Below, in pieces: positions 62,579 to 64,000 of a stretch of 64,000 nt of DNA. The stretch's first letter is position 1; every line of letters begins with the position of its first letter. This DNA comes from Vulcanimicrobiota bacterium (GTDB lineage: Bacteria > Vulcanimicrobiota > Vulcanimicrobiia > Vulcanimicrobiales > Vulcanimicrobiaceae): the NCBI GenBank assembly GCA_963723515.1, contig CAVRQT010000003.1:800001-864000 (forward strand), in the 5' to 3' direction. The notes below the pieces were generated by a model. That model was not told where the DNA came from. It saw only the letters and a list, made by a program, of their open reading frames with translations, and did not search any database. Both the position numbers and the translations under genes were made by a program.

Positions 62579-63612
62579 TCCCTCTCCAAGATGTTCGTCA
62601 AGAGCGGCATCGATACCGCGTAACGATACCCGACATTGCGATGGTCGTCATCGAACTCTTCGTGGATGACCTTCAACCCGAAGTCGCGGACGCGCTGCGT
62701 AAAGACACGCGCTCCGATATCGAGCCCGTACTCATCGCGGCGGCCGCAGTCGAGGTAACGCAAGCGAAGCCTCTCCAGTTCCGGCTGCTTTGCTAGGCAC
62801 ATGTCCGCCGGATCGTGCGCGCGCCAGCGCGCGAATACTTCTTCCACGAGCTGGCCCGTTTTGCGATCGACCGGCAAATCCAAATCGAATGCCGTCGCGC
62901 TGTGCGGAGAATACGCAGAGGCGTATCCGAGCATTTCGATTGTCTGGTATTCGGCGGTTTGCCGCTTATTTTGCTCCTCGAAGTGCTCCACGAACTTGCG
63001 GATGTTCCAGTCAAATTTTTCCAGCGTCCGATGCAACGCCGGGAAAGCCGGTGGATGCGCATAGGTGAAATACGAGTCGCCGCTGTGCGAAGCAAATGCC
63101 GCAAAGGCTCCGGGGCGCGTCATGCACAAAAACAGCGATCCAAAGCCGCCCGACGACTTGCCGAGCACGGCGCGGCCTCCTTCGGCGGCGATCGTTCGGT
63201 ACGCGCGATCCACATGCGGAATCACTTCGTCGATAACATAGTCGGCATAGTTGCCGTTGTGCACCGAGTTCATGTATTGCGATCCGCCCAGGCGCGTGAA
63301 GCCGTCGACGATCGCGAGAATCGCAGGCGGCATCTTTTTCTCGCCGATCAACCGGTCGATCCACTGCACGACATTGGTCTCCCAAGGCCGCGCTGAGACG
63401 AGCGCCGCGACGTCCCCAGTATAGCCGTGCAAACAATACAGCGTTGGATAACGCTTGGAGGCTTCGGCATCGTACCGCTCCGGTAAATAGACCGCAATGG
63501 CGCGTTGCGAGGGGTCGCCCAATGGATTGTCGCGCAAGGCTGCGCTGTCGATAAAGTCGATACGAAGATCGCCCTCGAGACGCAAGAGCCGCGCAAGGTC
63601 TGATTGAGCCAT
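62575..63612 (-). CDS. Putative esterase (enterochelin esterase-like alpha/beta hydrolase)
   Basis: VYLPERYD, YPTLYCLHGY, GKSSGGFG, DCGRRDE, DDDH. Confidence 0.9.
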   Translation of the reverse strand: MAQSDLARLLRLEGDLRIDFIDSAALRDNPLGDPSQRAIAVYLPERYDAEASKRYPTLYCLHGYTGDVAALVSARPWETNVVQWIDRLIGEKKMPPAILAIVDGFTRLGGSQYMNSVHNGNYADYVIDEVIPHVDRAYRTIAAEGGRAVLGKSSGGFGSLFLCMTRPGAFAAFASHSGDSYFTYAHPPAFPALHRTLEKFDWNIRKFVEHFEEQNKRQTAEYQTIEMLGYASAYSPHSATAFDLDLPVDRKTGQLVEEVFARWRAHDPADMCLAKQPELERLRLRYLDCGRRDEYGLDIGARVFTQRVRDFGLKVIHEEFDDDHRNVGYRYAVSMPLLTNILERE

Positions 63613-63671
63613 GCCGGCGTCATTCTCCGCCGCGAGGGCCCACTCCGACCCCACCGAATCCGGAGCGCCAC

Positions 63672-64000
63672 ATGATTCGCGGTGTCGGATTGCGTGGCGC
63701 GATCTCCGTCAACATCATCACGATGATCGGGATCGGGCCGCTGATCACGATTCCGCTCGTCGTCGGCGCATTGCACGGCGGTCTCGCGATCGCCGGATGG
63801 GTGATCGGCGCGATCATTGCGCTTTGCGATGGACTCGTGTGGGCGGAGCTGAGCTCTCGCTATCCCGGTTCAGGCGGTACGTATGTCTATCTGCGCGAGG
63901 CGTTTGGGCGGAAAAGCTGGGGCCGGCTGTTCGCCTTCCTCTTCAATTGGCAGTTCTTCTTCTGTGCACCGCTGCTTCTCGCGAGCGGGTATATCGGATT
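63672..64000 (+). CDS. APC-family amino acid permease (partial, runs off the window)
   Basis: MIGIGPLITIP, WAELSSRYPGSGGTYVYLREAFG. Confidence 0.9.
   Translation, partial: MIRGVGLRGAISVNIITMIGIGPLITIPLVVGALHGGLAIAGWVIGAIIALCDGLVWAELSSRYPGSGGTYVYLREAFGRKSWGRLFAFLFNWQFFFCAPLLLASGYIG

Overview
GC-rich bacterial chromosomal window. A Firmicutes-like core gene order (yceD-rpmF-fabH-fabD-fabG-acpP, ffh-rpsP-khpA-rimM, rapZ-yvcK) sits alongside outer-membrane/TonB-type proteins and Pro/Thr/Ser-linker secreted proteins, which suggests a diderm Terrabacteria lineage such as Ca. Eremiobacterota (inference). Many genes, including essential ones, carry single-base frameshifts, most likely uncorrected long-read indels, so several ORF-track ORFs are fragments or false fusions. 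The window holds three tRNAs (Ile-GAT, Ala-TGC, Ala-GGC), rnpB, a RES/Xre-type toxin-antitoxin pair, two large STAND/TPR regulators, a cluster of three nuclease/helicase genes, and a dispersed palindromic REP-like family (TGTCACNCTGAGCTTGTCGAAG / CTTCGACAAGCTCAGNNTGACA). Two loci are the best candidates for undescribed systems. (1) A MalT-like LuxR/TPR regulator is followed by a lux-box-like palindrome, an unannotated 24-aa hydrophobic peptide gene and a stand-alone HD-GYP phosphodiesterase, a possible peptide-signalling circuit. (2) A translationally coupled operon encodes a lytic transglycosylase plus two paralogous small helical proteins resembling T3SS needle/rod or pilin subunits. No CRISPR array, integrase or transposase was recognised.
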